Shown here: positions 10,707 through 24,524 of the stretch, in pieces
Position numbering within the stretch: the stretch's first letter is position 1
Layout of the letters: every line of letters starts with the position of its first letter
Assembly: GCA_964187785.1 (NCBI GenBank)
Contig: OZ076409.1
Coordinates: 91,204,001 to 91,268,000 of the forward strand
Origin: Amphiscolops sp. MND2022
Lineage: Eukaryota
Direction: 5' to 3'
DNA: 64,000 nucleotides
Made by a program: the position numbers and the translations under genes
Notes under the pieces: model-generated
Databases searched by the model: none
Seen by the model: only the letters and a program-made list of their open reading frames with translations
What the model was told of the DNA's origin: nothing

Positions 10707-13700
10707 ATTTTATTTAATGGTTCGAACTCGAAATTGAAGATGATAAGAAAAAATTAAAATGCGAAATTATCAAATTAGCAGTTGAATTGAGCAAAATAGA
10801 ATTGAGGTAGCAACTGTTTTTGTCAGGATTTAGACCTAAATGGTGAAGTTTTCCAGATTTTTGTAGGGTTATGAAGTTTTATACAAATTACATCAAAACA
10901 TTTCTAGAATTACCCGTTTTCCCGGCTCCGCGGGCACATCATCGTAGGATCTGAGAGATAAAGCACCGCTAAATCTATTAATTCCATATAAACGAACATC
11001 AGACTTGTGATTTTATCTTCGAGTTCTTTTTGATTTGATTTTTGTCCTTCCATTTTTGTCAAGCGAATTTTAATTACTCGTAAGCAAATATATCACGGTT
11101 TATTCAGGTTTACAAAGTGAAAGTTTTCACGCCTTCATAGTATCACTCACTACTTTTCCATTTCATGAATTTCCATTCATATATCTGTCAACGTATAATA
11201 GCAAATACAGCATCGCCAACAAAACTTTACACTATATGACGTCCACTGAAAACTTTATATTGCATCATAGTTTCACTCAATCAGCACGATTAACATATTA
11301 CATTAGTCTTTGTTCTTCGTTACGCGTCGTCGTTATGCAGTCTTTATTCCACTTACAGCACAACATATCACACGATTATCCTGTTTCATTACAATTTCCG
11401 CATAATTTCATTCACACTTCTCTTTACGTTCATACATTCCCGCTCAGTGTTTGCACTAGCTGTCTTCGCCTAAATGTAAGAATACTCTTGCGTTGTTTGG
11501 TCATACTGGCAAATATTTCCAAACTTTGCGCATTTGTTAGCCAATCAGAATCGTGATCAGCTGTAAACTTTGCAAACCAGCATCTATTATTTGCTTTTGC
11601 CTTTTGTAAACGCCACGCCTTTCATCGTTTTCTTCGTACTGGAAATTTCTAAATTTATTAAGTATAGTCATTTGTCCATAGTCTTCTTGTTCTTAGCTTC
11701 TCCGCAGTTTTGCATCATTTTCCAGTTATCAGACTCCTTTGATTACTCAACTTCCATTTCTTCGGATTTATTTGTTGGATCTGTCCTTTTACATCAAGTT
11801 GCCACACCGTAACTGACTCATTGTCCAGGGCTACCAAACGTAACCATTTCCGCAGGATCTGCCCATCAGTCGTTATTTCCTTTTCTGACGATTTTGGTCG
11901 TATCTAATTGCGAGACGTGATGACTGAGAAAAATGGGGAGCCAGAAACATCAACACAAGGTCTGTATTTCAAACATAGTCGATTAGCCATCAGTAAAAGA
12001 AAACGTTTTCTGTATTTTCTTTGGACTCCATGTTTATACAAGTTTGAACTTGACTTTCCAGTAGAAAACATGAGACCAGGTTTCTCCATTTTTCATTATC
12101 ATCGAACAGTCCTTTTTCGGATTTCCTGTTTTTGAAGTCATGAACAGATTTCTATTTCCCACCAAAATAACTTCAGATCCATTTTCCGGTTTCCTGTAGC
12201 AATTGGTGAACAAATTTTTCGAGTTAACTCTAGTGTTTAAAGTGAGAATTGATCAGGTTCTCACGATTTCGCTCAGATATCTTCCGTTTCTGATTTTTTC
12301 TGCAATTTTCGATTACTCTTGTGTTTCAGTCCCTCCTGATTCACACTCTCCTCTTCCGAGCCAGTCATCTTCCTCTGGTTTTACTTTACTCATTCCTTTC
12401 AAAAGACATTGTGACCAATCGACTCCGGAATGCTTTGCAGAATTGCCCTAAGGGTTAGAGCCCACAACCGATCTGGATTGCATCAAACATTCTTTTGATA
12501 GAAGTATGAATTCCATCGATCAAATAGTTCCCTTCCCAATTGGACGTGCCAGTTTCTTATTTCCCCCTGAGCTTGAAACTTCAAACCCGGCAGAAGGAAA
12601 ATCCAGTGCGGCCCAATCATTGGCCGTTTCTGATGACAATTTTCAAGAGACTGTTGACATCATGGGAACCTCGGGTGCCGAAAATACTGCCAGACGATCA
12701 GCAGACAATTCTCATGGTTCTCCTTCCCCTGCCTTCCTGACTGACTTGCGGCAACCCGGTGACGCCGTTGAGACCAAAGAAACCCCAGACGACAACCATG
12801 AGGTACCTAATGAACTCCTCCTACAAAGTAGCAGTTACGCTACAAATTCGGATTTACTTGCACTAGAGAGGAGAATCAGAACAATGGTCACCGAAACTAC
12901 AACTGCAATCAATTCCAAATTGATGGAAACTCTTCCACAACCCCAAACAGGGCCTCCCAACTCTTTTCCTGAGCCAGAGTCGAATGAGACAATGGGTGAT
13001 TTGTGGCTGCAAGGGTTACTCTTGGAACCTGTGATAGCACCTCGCTCCTCACACAGGGTAGGAAGAAATTGAGAAGGAATCCCGTCAGGGTTAAGCGGAG
13101 AGAGATTAAACCAGCTTCTTCAGACGATCGCAGTGGAACTCAGAAACGGCCTCGACCTCGGATTCAGTTGAACGTCCAAATGTATCGAAAACACCCTGTT
13201 TTCAAGTTCTTCGTCACTGCCCCCGCCGATGCTGACAGAGATCCACATAAGTGGCGCTGTAGGGTGTGTCATATTGGATTGTCACTCAAGAAAAAAAGCT
13301 CGCTGGAGATTTTATCTCAATATAGAACCGATGCTCACTTGATACGAGAGCATAGAATCAGACTGGAGACTCCAGGTGTAACGGCTGCTTGATCCCTTCA
13401 CTTGACCAAACTTTACGTCGCCCTGAATTCGGTGCTCGGCACTGCGCATCGTAACCGAACACTGCTTGCTTCTTAGATTGAAAGGACGGTATCTTGACTT
13501 AGCAGGATCCAATGATCCCGAACTGCACTTCTTCCTTGTCTCTTAACACGTCCAACTCTCCACAAGTTGAGAGTAGTTAACTTAGTCGCCCTAAGTCTTT
13601 GACGAAAAGTCGAAAAGAGGTGAAAAAATGAATTGGGAATTATAATGGTCCCAAGACCCAACTTGAATACAGCTTTCCAATTTATTTGTGCCTATCTAGT

Positions 13701-14206
13701 TATGGTATACATGTCGTTTAAATTATTCGATAAACATAAGTCAAATATGAAGTATAAATAAATGACCTTTAAGTGAATTTTTAAAGTTATTGGCTAAAGA
13801 AACAAACCATAGTGATAGTGTGAGAATAGCATTAGGTGGGATCTAAAGCATGTTTACACAATGTAAAAATCAATAATTTCAACAGAGTTACATTTCCTCC
13901 AAGGTCGTATGAGAAAATCACATAATAATTTATGCAACAAAAATTGGGTAATACATGAGGTTCGACCTAGGTCACTTTGAGTGTTAATTGCTCGGAACCC
14001 AGGGGAGATTCGGGATAGGGTGTGATGAGTTAAAAGTTAGGATAGCACCACCACTATATGTGTGCTGAGTTTCAAGGTGATCGAATGAGTGGTTCGTCAA
14101 GACGGGGGGGTGTCACTTTTTGCAATGCCCTATTTCTGGTGGAACTTGTAATTTTTCCAACTAAAATCTTGATAAATTTTCTAAGCGTTTTGAGTTATAA
14201 GATTCA

Positions 14207-17200
14207 TCAGTCACGTTCAAATTTGAGTTTCTGATCTCCCAATTGACTGGCGCCAACATTGCCGGCCCTGTTTTTCTCCCGAAAAACACTTTCATAGAAC
14301 AGAGGTGCCAGTTTCACTACTAGTCTTTTGAGTTTGCCATCTTTTGTCACAACAGTCGCAGATCTGACTCTGCCATCGCTTCCTTCTTGAACTTCCAACA
14401 CTCTCGCCATCTTTTAGCTAAAACGCTTTACATTTACATCCCCGACCCAAACCAAATCGTTGACTTTCAGCTGTCTCACGTCATCTTGGTTCCATTTATT
14501 ACGCACATTCCAATCCAGCAGATGTTCTTTAGTCCATCGAGTCCAAATCATAACTGAATAACCTTGCGACACTCGAAATACTCGTCTCAAATCTGTGTAA
14601 CAATGAGCGTCTGGTAGGAATGGTGTGGCTAAATTTGCTCGTGCCAATAAAAAATGATTTGGTGAAAAAGCTTCCAAGTCATCAGGATCGTCACTAACAC
14701 TAATCAGTGGTCTAGCGTTCAACGTTTGTTGTACTAAACACATAGTTGTTATAAGGATGTCGTCTGTCAGAGATCGTCCATCCAACACAGCTATCATTGC
14801 CTTTTTACAACTTCGGACCAAACGTTCCCAGATTCCTCCAAAATGTGGGGCTCCAGGAGTGTTGAATTTTCACTTGATTTCCTTTTGAGCTAAAAAGTTC
14901 TCAATATGGGACTGATTCCATGCGTTTATACAATCTCTCATTTCTTCAGCTGCACCCACGAAGTTTGTCCCATTATCGCTCAATATATCTTCGAGGAATA
15001 AACCGTGTGATAGCAGTTAAGCAGGTTTCTGCTTCCAACGATGGAACAACTTCGACATGTACTGCTCTAGTTGTCAAACATGTGAAGAGATAACACCATC
15101 ACTCCATGGTCTTACGCATAAACTTCACTTCAAAGGGACCAAAATAGTCACTTCCAGTGTTGGTAAAGGGGAATACTCGTTCCTGCAATCTTTCTCGCTG
15201 TAAATCAGCCATAAATGGTTGAGACACTCCAACTCGTTGCTTTCTACACTTAACACATTTCGCTTTGACGTTCCTCAAAGCGTTTCGCAATCCAATATTC
15301 CAGTATTCTTGCCTCAGAACACTTCTGACGTATTCTGTGCCTTCATGAAAATTCGCTCGATGAGCATCTGCAATCAACTTGATGACTACATAGTGCTTCG
15401 CTGACAACAAGATCGGGTGTTTGACTTCATAACTTGATCATGAATGCTGCAGTCGGCCTTGTAGTCGCAGCAATCCATTTTCATCCAGAAACGGCGATAT
15501 TTTATTCAATTGATCTGATGCCGGCAACGGCTGCCCTTTAGATATATTCTCGTAGGCATCATGAAAACTTTCCTTCTGACAACGTTTCAAAATTGCCAGT
15601 TTGGCCTCATTGAGTTCTTTCTTGAAGAGAAACATTGAATTCTTATTTGAAGTTTTTTTCATTTTCTTGAAAGACCCAAATCTTTCCCATTCGAATGCGG
15701 GTTCCATTACAGCAGCATCCATGACTGGTTCTTGCTCTTCTTGAATGCTGGCCAGGCGTCTTCTGTTTCGGTAAGCCACGCCGGCCCTGTGAGCCATTCA
15801 CTCTCCTTCAGAGCTTCAACTGTCATTCCTCGAGTTCCAAAGTGAGCAGGATTCATTTTTCCTTCCACATGTCGCCATTGGTCTATAGTTGAGTTTTCGA
15901 GAATCTCTGCGACTCTGTTCGCTACAAAGTCTGGTTGCTTGTTGTTGCTTGCGTGAAGCCATTGTAGGACCGTTGTAGAATCTGTCCAGTGTACGATTTG
16001 GTGTACTTTAATATCATGTTCTTTTTAGAATGCGTTCACGCAGTCTTACTCCAAAGACTGCTGCCTGCATCTCCAACTTAACCACTGTCATGTTCCTGAT
16101 TGGAGCTACTCTACATTTCCCGATGACAAAGGTCACTTCGCCATTGTCTTGTTTTCTCAAATAGGCAACCATACACATTGCTTTCAACGAAGCGTCTGAG
16201 AAGATATGTAGTCAACTTTGTTGACTCCAGACTCGAAGTATGTTCTTTTAAGGACCATTTGATTCACCTGAATCATTTCTGATGCCGATTTTTTGAATGC
16301 CTGTCGATTTTTTCACTCAGTTCTTTATCCCACGACTGTCCGATCTCCTTCCATATTGATTTTAGTAGCAGTCGCATTCTGATAGTAAAAGGAGACACTA
16401 TTCCCAGAGGGTCGAACACAGCTGAAACATGGGATAACACCGCTCGCTGAGTTATCTTCACCGGTATCTCCTTCTGCATGCTTCTGCAGACTTCCAAATT
16501 ACCGTCCTGTCAAGAGGTTATCGTTCAGTGAAATTCCTCTGAATTTAGAGGCTGCGTTGCACACTCGCCTTACTTTTCCAGGTTTGTTTGGGTTTTCCAC
16601 TGGGTGATGTGGAACATACCACTGTCTCTTCAATTTTGTAGCTTCTAATTCTTTCTGGTTTAGGATTCTGACGAATCCCTTCTCAACATCTATTTTAATG
16701 GTGTCTTGATAAAGTTTCTTCAATTCCGGTTGCTTTTCAAGTCTATACTCCAACCAACGATTTCATTTGACTTAAAGCAGAAGAATAATTGTTCGGCAAG
16801 AAGGGGTCAATTCTTTTCCAGAGAAGACCGACTTCGTATCTTTCACCATCAAACGTCGTTGTTTGTTCTAGCATCTGCAACGCTTTCTCATCTTCCTTGA
16901 ACCTTCCAGATACATCGCAGCGAGACGCATAGGATTCAATGTCCCACCAAGTTTTTATCTGTTCTGCCAGTGCATCATCTTCAGAGGCTGTCACGCAAGA
17001 TGCTGTCATCTGCACAGCTTTCTGCTGTGGAAGTGGTCCACAGAGAGTCCATCCAAATTTCGTTTTCACTGCCCAAGGCTCACCATTCGCGCAGCTTTTA
17101 TATTCTTCAGGTCGATGTTTATGGTAGCAGTTTTGTCCCAATATCATTTTTACATCTTTAAGTTTCAATAATTCTTCGCTTAGAACCGACAAATGGGATA

Positions 17201-19974
17201 GGCAAGTTTCAGCTTCTGATAGTTGTAGATCTTTGTTCCGTCGTCTAGGTTTGGATGAGTGTAAACTGTCATGTGGTGTGTGTCGCTCATTGCCTTGCCA
17301 CGAATTCCCACAATGAATCGCTCACATTTCACATCATTTGTCCCATGTATTCCAGCCACACCCAGGTCAATTTCTTTCCCGTGAGGATATAACTTGTAAG
17401 CTAATGTCTTTTCTTTGAACGATAGGCTCGCTCCAGAGTCAAACAACGCCAAAGTCGATTCTTGTTTTCTTCCAACTTGGATGATGACGGGTATGACAGG
17501 TAGAATTCCACTGCTCTTCAATGAGCAAAATGCAGAGTTCGCTTCCGCCTTCTGTTGTGGGTCTTCCAGTCCGCTTCCTTTCTGCCGATCATTTGTCTCG
17601 CGGTTTAGCCGTCGATGGTGCCGTCTGTTACAACCTTTGGCTCCACATGCTTTGTATGTGCAGTCTTTCACTACATGTTTCCCAGCCAAACAACAAAAGC
17701 AGAGTTTCAGCTCTTTGACTTTCTGATATCGCGCTTGACATGTCATCTTCAAAAACTTCTCGCATTTCCACAAAGGATGTTTACCACTTTTCAAAAGACA
17801 ATCTTGACCAGTCTTCTTGTCGGAATTGTCGTCAGCGAATGTTGAAAACGTATAGTTTTTTGGTTTGTCTTTACTTGTCCACTTCGATTTGTCGGCGTTG
17901 GGATTGCCTGTCATGAGAACGTCTTCTTGCACCGCTGCTACCTCTAGCAACCATAATCTGAACGCTTCCAGCCCCATGTAGTAATTAGCAATTTGTCTTA
18001 CGTGCGTCAACCATTTCTTCTTCATGTTCATCGCACTACTCGGGACGCCTTCTGACTGCAAGTCGCCAACATAGTTCATCTGCGTCAGAACTTGTACACA
18101 ACTTGAAACTATTCTCGACTTTTTGACCAAGGCAACAGAGTCGTACGCTTTCACGGATGGAAAGGTGTATATTCTTTTTAGTTGTGCGTTAAATACCACT
18201 TGTGGTCTCCCGAAAGTGCGCAATCAAGGTATTCCAAGCGATATCATACATGTGTAGCCTAGTCCAGCAATTACTTCTTTTGCTTTTCCAGTGACCAGCG
18301 TTTTGAGATGATCCATCTTCAAGCTGGCTTGGATGTTTGCAGCGTGCACGGTCGAGAGGCACAACCCTGACCACTCAGGCCATTCCAGTGGGTCGCCTGA
18401 GAATTCTGCCAGCTTCAGCTTTGGCAAATTGGCTGGTAGGCTCACTCCTTCATATCTTGTTGTTGCGAACCGACTCTGTATGGGGGCAGAGTAGTTAGCT
18501 GAGGGTGCCACTGGTGGTGGAATGTGCCACTTCTCGTTTGGTTACTTAACATTGGTTGGTTTGGAGGTTCGAAGTTCCCCAACTGCACATGCTGTTTAAA
18601 TGTTTTATTCATTTGCATCTTCGCTAATGCAGCGTTCGGCGCGAATTGACTGGCCGACGTGCCATTCTTTCCCATGGTCGGCTGCGCTGTTTAAGCAGCC
18701 AGGTGGGACATTTGCGTTGTGTGTGGCAAAGGGTCAGGTTGTGGTTTGATAGGTTTGCTGGCCAGTGCAATTCTGGATACTTCTTCTCGAAACTTCGTTG
18801 TTTTTTCGTCACATCCATTTTCATCAAGCCATGAAGGAACCTTTTCGAACGGATCGCTCTAGATGGATATTGGCGAGATGCTTCGCAAACTTTTGCTTGC
18901 TCTGCTTCCCTCCGCCCGAGCGATTTCCATTTCCTTCTCTGCGATTCGCTTAGCCCTTGCTTTCTCCTCTTGGAGTTTAGCAATTTCGAGTTCTTCTGTG
19001 AGTTTATCCATTTCCTCGTGTTTCTTTCGGATTTCTGCTTGACGTTTCTTTGCAGCTAGTTGTTCATCAATTTCGTCTTGTTTTTCCATTGCTTCCAGTT
19101 CTAGGAGCATCGCTCGTTTTGTAGTAGTTGACTTTGAACTAATTGATGTTCTGTTGCCCTTTGAATGTGCCTTGTTTGCACACTGATACCTTTCCCCGGG
19201 TAACGAATTCACCTCATTAACACAGCGATTCACAAACGAAATGGATCCAACGGTACCTTGAGCCCCATCATTCGCACTCTTCTGAGGAGACGTGTTGCGG
19301 GACTTTAGTTGTTGCTCTTGCCAACTCACTCTGGCACGGGTCATTTTTCCCTCCATACGATGCAACTCGCTGTAGATTGAAGTATATCCATTGTGTTTCA
19401 ACACCTCATCCATCTCGGCCACAATTTCATCTCTCCTTTTGAGGGTTTCTTCGTTTGTTTCTACCAATGCGTTGTAATCCTCTGAGTTGCAAAGTGTATC
19501 CCAATTTCTATTGATTTCATCTTCGTTTTTCTGAAGCATTTCATCACATTACTCTTTGGAGTTTTGAAGGTGTAGGAACTCCTCCAACTGTCCTTCATTC
19601 TTTAGACTCCTCATCATTGTGAGCATCTGACCAATGTTTTTATGTCGTGCTTCCAAGGAGTCTAATTCATTCCGATATCTGCAGAAACGGTCGCCTTTAC
19701 TATCCGACCATTCTGGCTGATACTTGGCTTTCAAGAGTGCTGTGTTCGCCGCGACGAATCTCTTCCATCTGAGCAGTAGGTCTTGTTGGTTCGGTAGAAT
19801 GTCTGCAAGTTTCTCCTTCGTCGTGTCTGCTTTGCGTACCTCAGCATGTATTTCATCCATTTTTGTCTCGAAGTTTTGAATTGCTCTCATGTTGCTCTCC
19901 CATTGTGGCGTGTCCATAAAACTCTTCAAATGGTTTTCAATTCTTTTGTAATCAATTCTCTTAGGTTCCACCAT
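14207..19974 (-). pseudogene. BEL/Pao gag-pol, many frameshifts and stops; RT core deleted near 16500
   Basis: LPKLKLAEFSGDPLEW (DUF1759-type gag), Cys-His knuckles, ALFDSGA protease, WYVPHHPV..KVRRV (RT start), VFDPLG (Pao RNase H region), integrase zinc finger and DYFGP core, and DUF5641-like DGRVRSA. The sequence jumps from NDNLLTG to EVCR with no YVDD. Confidence 0.9.
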
Positions 19975-19981
19975 TTTGAGC

Positions 19982-20372
19982 TAGCCCAAAACCCCAGAGT
20001 ACACTAACTAATCAAAGAGTCCAAATTATTCTACTGCGAATACAACTCCCAACAAGCCGATGAAGTAGCCCAAAACCCCAGAGTACACTATATACCCAAG
20101 AGCTCCAGTAATACCACTTCGAATACAATATCCCAGAGCCTGCGGAAGTAGCCCGAGCCCCAGAGTACACTAAACACAGAGGAGAGCCCAGATGTGTCCA
20201 CGTTGCAGCACACACAGTTTTGTATAGATCACCAACAATGGTCGTTTGCTGTACACGTTCACTTGTTCGCACAGTGCTGTTCTGGCTGTGTAGTAATCAG
20301 ATGATCATCCAAATGTCCGCCCAATTGATGATGTCCGCCCAATCGATGACGTCCGCCCAATCGATGATGTCC
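19982..20372. repeat. Short repeats in the BEL 5' leader: ~3.5 x 18-bp ATGTCCGCCCAATCGATG (20312-20372) and 3 degenerate TAGCCC..CCCCAGAGTACACTA units (19982-20172)
   Basis: Read directly from the sequence. Confidence 0.8.
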
Positions 20373-21969
20373 GGGTCGGCGGACCAAATGTAACGGCTGC
20401 TTGATCCCTTCACTTGACAAAACTTTACGCCGCCCTGAATTCGATGCTCGGCACTGCGGATCGTTACCGAACACTGCTTGCTTCTTAGATTAAAAGGACT
20501 GTATCTTGACTTAGTAGGATCCAACGATCCTGAATTGCACTTCTTCCTTGTCTCTTAACACGTCCAACTCTCCACAAGTTGAGAGTAGCTAACTTAGTCG
20601 CCCTAAGTCTTTGGCGAAAAGTCGAAAAGAGGCGAAGAAAGGAATTGAGAATTGAAATGGTCCTAGGACCCAACTTGAACACAGCTTTCCAATTTATTTG
20701 TGCCTATCTAGTTATGGTATACATATCGTTTACAATTATTCAATGAACATAAGTCAAATATGAAGTATAAATAAATGACATTCAAGTGAATTATTAAAGT
20801 TATTGGCTAAGTAAACAAACCATTGTGTGGGTATAGCATGTTGGTTAGGTGGGATCTAAAGCATGTTTACACAATGTAAATAACATTAATTTCAACAGAG
20901 TTACATTTCCTCCAAATTCGTATGAGAAAATCACATAATAATTTATACATCAAAAATTGGGTATTACATGGGGTCCGACCTAGGTCACTTTGAGTGTTAA
21001 TTGCTCGGAACCCATGGGAGATACGGGGTAGGGTGTAATGAGTGAAAAGTTAGGATAGCACCACCACTATATGTTTGCCGAGTTTCAAGGTGATCGAAAG
21101 AGTGGTTCGTCATGACGGGGGGGTGTCACTTTTTGCAATGCCCTATTTCTGGTGGAACTTGTAATTTTTCCAACTAAAATCTTGATAAATTTTCAAAGCG
21201 TTTTGAGTTATAAGATTTATCAGTCACGTTCAAATTTGAATTTCTGATATCGCAATTGACTGGCGCCAACACCAGGACTGCCTCTATATGGTCGCGACGA
21301 ACAGGAGTTGGTTGGCCCTCCATTGGACGAAGCCCGAGAGAAAGCAGAGTTAACTTCCCCATCGCCCCCGTCCTTGGTGAGTGTTACCTGCTACCAGGAC
21401 AAAGAGAATTACCCGTCGACACTGACATCCTGGATCCATCTTCTGTCATTTGCTCTCAAGTTCGTATACTGCTCACTGGTCTTCAGCATGGTGGGGAATC
21501 AGAAGTTCTGACTTCACTTTGGTCTTATCTCAGTTTGGAAGTCAGGGGGCCCACAAAGGTGCCACAATTCAACTGTAATCCAGAACGCGTTTTTGTAAGT
21601 GTCTTTGGTTTTGAGATTATCATACTAATTTGTACATTTCTGAGTGTTCCTACTTTTGTTCAACAGGGGAATTTGGTCTACATGTTCCGTGGATTGCTCT
21701 CATATTCTTTTGCTTCTATCAGTCAGTCCGGGCAATGTTCACTGCAGCTACAGACCTTGGATGGCTGCATTCGTGTCGTCATCACATTTTGGGCTGGCAA
21801 CGTTTTCAACAGCTTCTGCCTTGCCGAGTTTCCTGATGCCCAATTGTCCTCTAAGAAGGCTCTTCAAGTAGTCTCCTCTTATCTTTCTGTACCAAGTAAA
21901 CCACGTAAACGTCATAATGCATCATAATTTGCCGCGGTATCTTTTATCAATTTCATCTTGATATTCCGC

Positions 21970-22620
21970 ACAATCTGCATACTTCTATTCCGGTTCCTCT
22001 GTATTTCTGTATGCTGTTTTTTAGTGAAAACCGCATAATGTTCCACCGTTAGGTTGTTTAACTGAATCAGGTCAGGCCACCCACATATGCTGCTTTTCTT
22101 CTAAAACCGCATAGTTCTGCTCCATTATGATGTTCTCATTTCAAAACATAATAACGCTGTTCCTCTGTACTGTTTTACACTGAAAGCAGCATGGGGTATC
22201 TTATCATACTGCTTTCTTCCTAATACCTCCGGACCATGTTTGCACTGCTGCTTCTCGCTGGAGTCCGCATAAAACACTTTACCATGCTGTTAGTCTGTGA
22301 AAACTGCATGCCATGGTTCTTCATGCTGATATCCACTAAGGACGGCATAAAATCATTCCGTTATGCTGTTTGTCAGCAAAACCGCATAATTTCGTTTCGT
22401 TATGCAGAATTCCCTCTAATGTAGTGTCATGATGTTTTGCAGTATGCTTCGCTCAGTTATACACTACATCCTATCATTATAGTATGATCAATAGGTTTTT
22501 TCCTCATTTCTGCATAATACACCCTGCGTACTGCTGTTTTCATCTGAAATCTGCATCATCCGCAAGGCTTATGCTGTATCCTGCATACCCTCTTATGCTG
22601 GGTTCAGAAAACAGCATAAA
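21970..22620. repeat. Degenerate ~39-bp-period array of a 26-bp palindromic motif ATGCTGTTT-N8-AAACYGCAT
   Basis: Motif starts at 22011, 22087, 22167, 22206, 22245, 22284, 22323, 22363, 22402, 22531 and 22595. Most well-formed units measure 26 bp from ATGC to GCAT. Confidence 0.8.
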
Positions 22621-24524
22621 GCATCATGATTTCTGTTCTATCTATTAATCGTGCTTTGACGCTGTTATAGTCTAGTTATTGTGTTTCAGGCTATTGCCAC
22701 TCTTCAATTTAATTTTACTGAGTCGATAGTGATTCTCGAGCAATTTTACAAGAATTGGACCCGAGTCATCTCGCATCTTCGCCTTGCTGATCGCCCCAAG
22801 GCTTTCAAATATCACATGAAAGAGGTGACTTTGTTGTTCATATGCTATTTCTATTCGGATAACTCTGTTTTCTAAGGCACTGTATCATTTTTTCAGCCAC
22901 GAAGCCTTGACGAGACTTTCTAAAAAGACAAAACGTATCCCGCCAAGTTGTTTCTAATCAGGAATGTGTTGTTGCATTGTAAGTTCTTTCTTCCGCATTT
23001 TTTGTTATTTTGCTCCTTTTCCTCCGATTGATTTCTTTTATGTTTTAGACGAGTCGGCATTCAACGGAGCCACTTCTATCAACTTTCGTCTGTACAATTC
23101 CCTTGCGGTTTTCGTGAACAGCCAGCTACAGTGTATTCTGCCGGACTCCTACCTTGGCGACATCTCAAATTGGGACAGATATCTTTCTATTGGCCTTTCT
23201 TCTCCTGACTTGCCCCTCAAAAGCCCTACTGTTTTTGCGAAACAAGGTATTTGCTGCCTTGGTTGCTGAAGGAGAAATTCCAACTTCCACGCACTTTGTG
23301 GAGCAGGCAATCTGCTTCCAAAAGAATCTTTGCGTCTTACTCCTCAAGCATGTAGTTCGGAAGTCGAAGTTGATTCGCGGATCATCTATTTTTGACGAGG
23401 GAGTTATCCGCCACGGAGAAGAAACCAACTACTGCCATGACGCCGAACTGTTTTGTAATTACTTAGTTCAGCACCAGTGGATTTCCGAAAACTCAAAACC
23501 TTTGGTAATGAGTGAGCAAAAAGTCCTTTGTGGAAAAATTTAGATCTTGTCTCCCTGTTTATGATGGTGCTTGGGTAGACTTCCTATCTGGGTACTACGA
23601 ATTGCATAGTCGTGAGGATTTACTCACTGTCTTTAAATTGTGTTCCTAAGTCTGTCAGTTGTCTCCGACATTGCTCCTTCCTTCAATCTATCCTCACTCC
23701 AATTATCATCTGATTATGATGAGTTCCATTCTTGTGTTCGTAGTACCCAATCAGCTTTAGTTGGAGTACCAAATATGTCAGGGCTATTCAATAACCCGCG
23801 GACAGGAGCTCCCATTTTTTCTTTGTTGGGAAGAGGCAGAATTCTATTGGAAGATGAAGACTTTTCGGTATGGGACGTTACTTCTTCCTGTCTCTCTCGA
23901 AGGCAATTACTCCTTAATCGGGTTGAAGCCCGATATATTTGCACTGTCACTGATGAGGAGAGATAGTGGAATTCCATTGATTGCAGTCCCAAGACTCCTA
24001 GTCCTACCACTTCATTGTCAGAAACACAGACTACTTCTTGTTCGAAACCGAAGTTTGCAACTCCGAGTCCCATCCGAACCGGTTCTAAATCCCAGGATCA
24101 GACTGGAAAAACAAGAACTGATGTCCCAGCGTTGGCTACTGCAACATTGTCTGTCCCCCGATTTCCTACTGCAGTTCCAGTTCCGCCCACGGGGAAAACC
24201 GTGAGCTCCAAGAAGCTCGTCGTTAAAAAGAAGACTTCAAGTGACAAAAAGCTGTGCTTTCGTCACTTAAATTGACGCTTTGTTTGTTACTTTGTTGTAG
24301 TATTCATCTTCTTTTACTCATTGTGTATTTCATTTCCTTTGTATTCCAGGTTAATTACAATTGAGATCGTGTGTTCTAGTCTGTTTGTTTGTGCTGAAAG
24401 GTGGCTTTCGCCTTTGTCGAAAGGCCAAGGAAAGAAAAATGATGAAACTGTTGAGAAAAGCAAAGAGTCAAGAGAAAGTCATATTTAGTTGAAGTCTTTG
24501 AGTCTCCTGGTTTGTTTTTTCTTT

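Larger units (their letters stand above)
13377..21271 (-). mobile_element. BEL/Pao LTR retrotransposon nested in the G3 cargo gene
   Basis: LTRs 13377-14258 and 20389-21271 (TG..CA). TSD CCAGG at 13372-13376 and 21272-21276. PBS TGGTCCGCCGACCCGGA (tRNA-Tyr-like) and a purine-rich tract GGGAGAAAAACAGGGCCGGCAA before the 3' LTR. Confidence 0.95.
12506..24275 (+). pseudogene. G3 antisense cargo gene: spliced hAT-transposase-like protein with a BED/TTF-like zinc finger, disrupted by the BEL insertion and by frameshifts
   Basis: HPVFKFF..KWRCRVC..AH zinc-finger-like block at ~13180-13340. The frame joins across the BEL TSD (RLETPG/LPLYGRD). GT-AG introns at 21595-21666, 22825-22896 and 22979-23048. 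hAT-like blocks include VVITFW, EQFYKNW, PAKLFLIRNVL..RLYNSL, LVQHQWIS and LLTVFKLCxLSLS. Confidence 0.65.

Noticed and set aside
21970..22620. CRISPR-like array
   Set aside because: Eukaryotic context, no cas genes, degenerate repeats and linkers of only ~13 bp.
21970..22620. loxP/FRT-like recombination sites (inverted arms with an 8-bp core)
   Set aside because: No tyrosine recombinase motif (R..HxxR..Y) seen in the element, and the cores all differ, which would block strand exchange.
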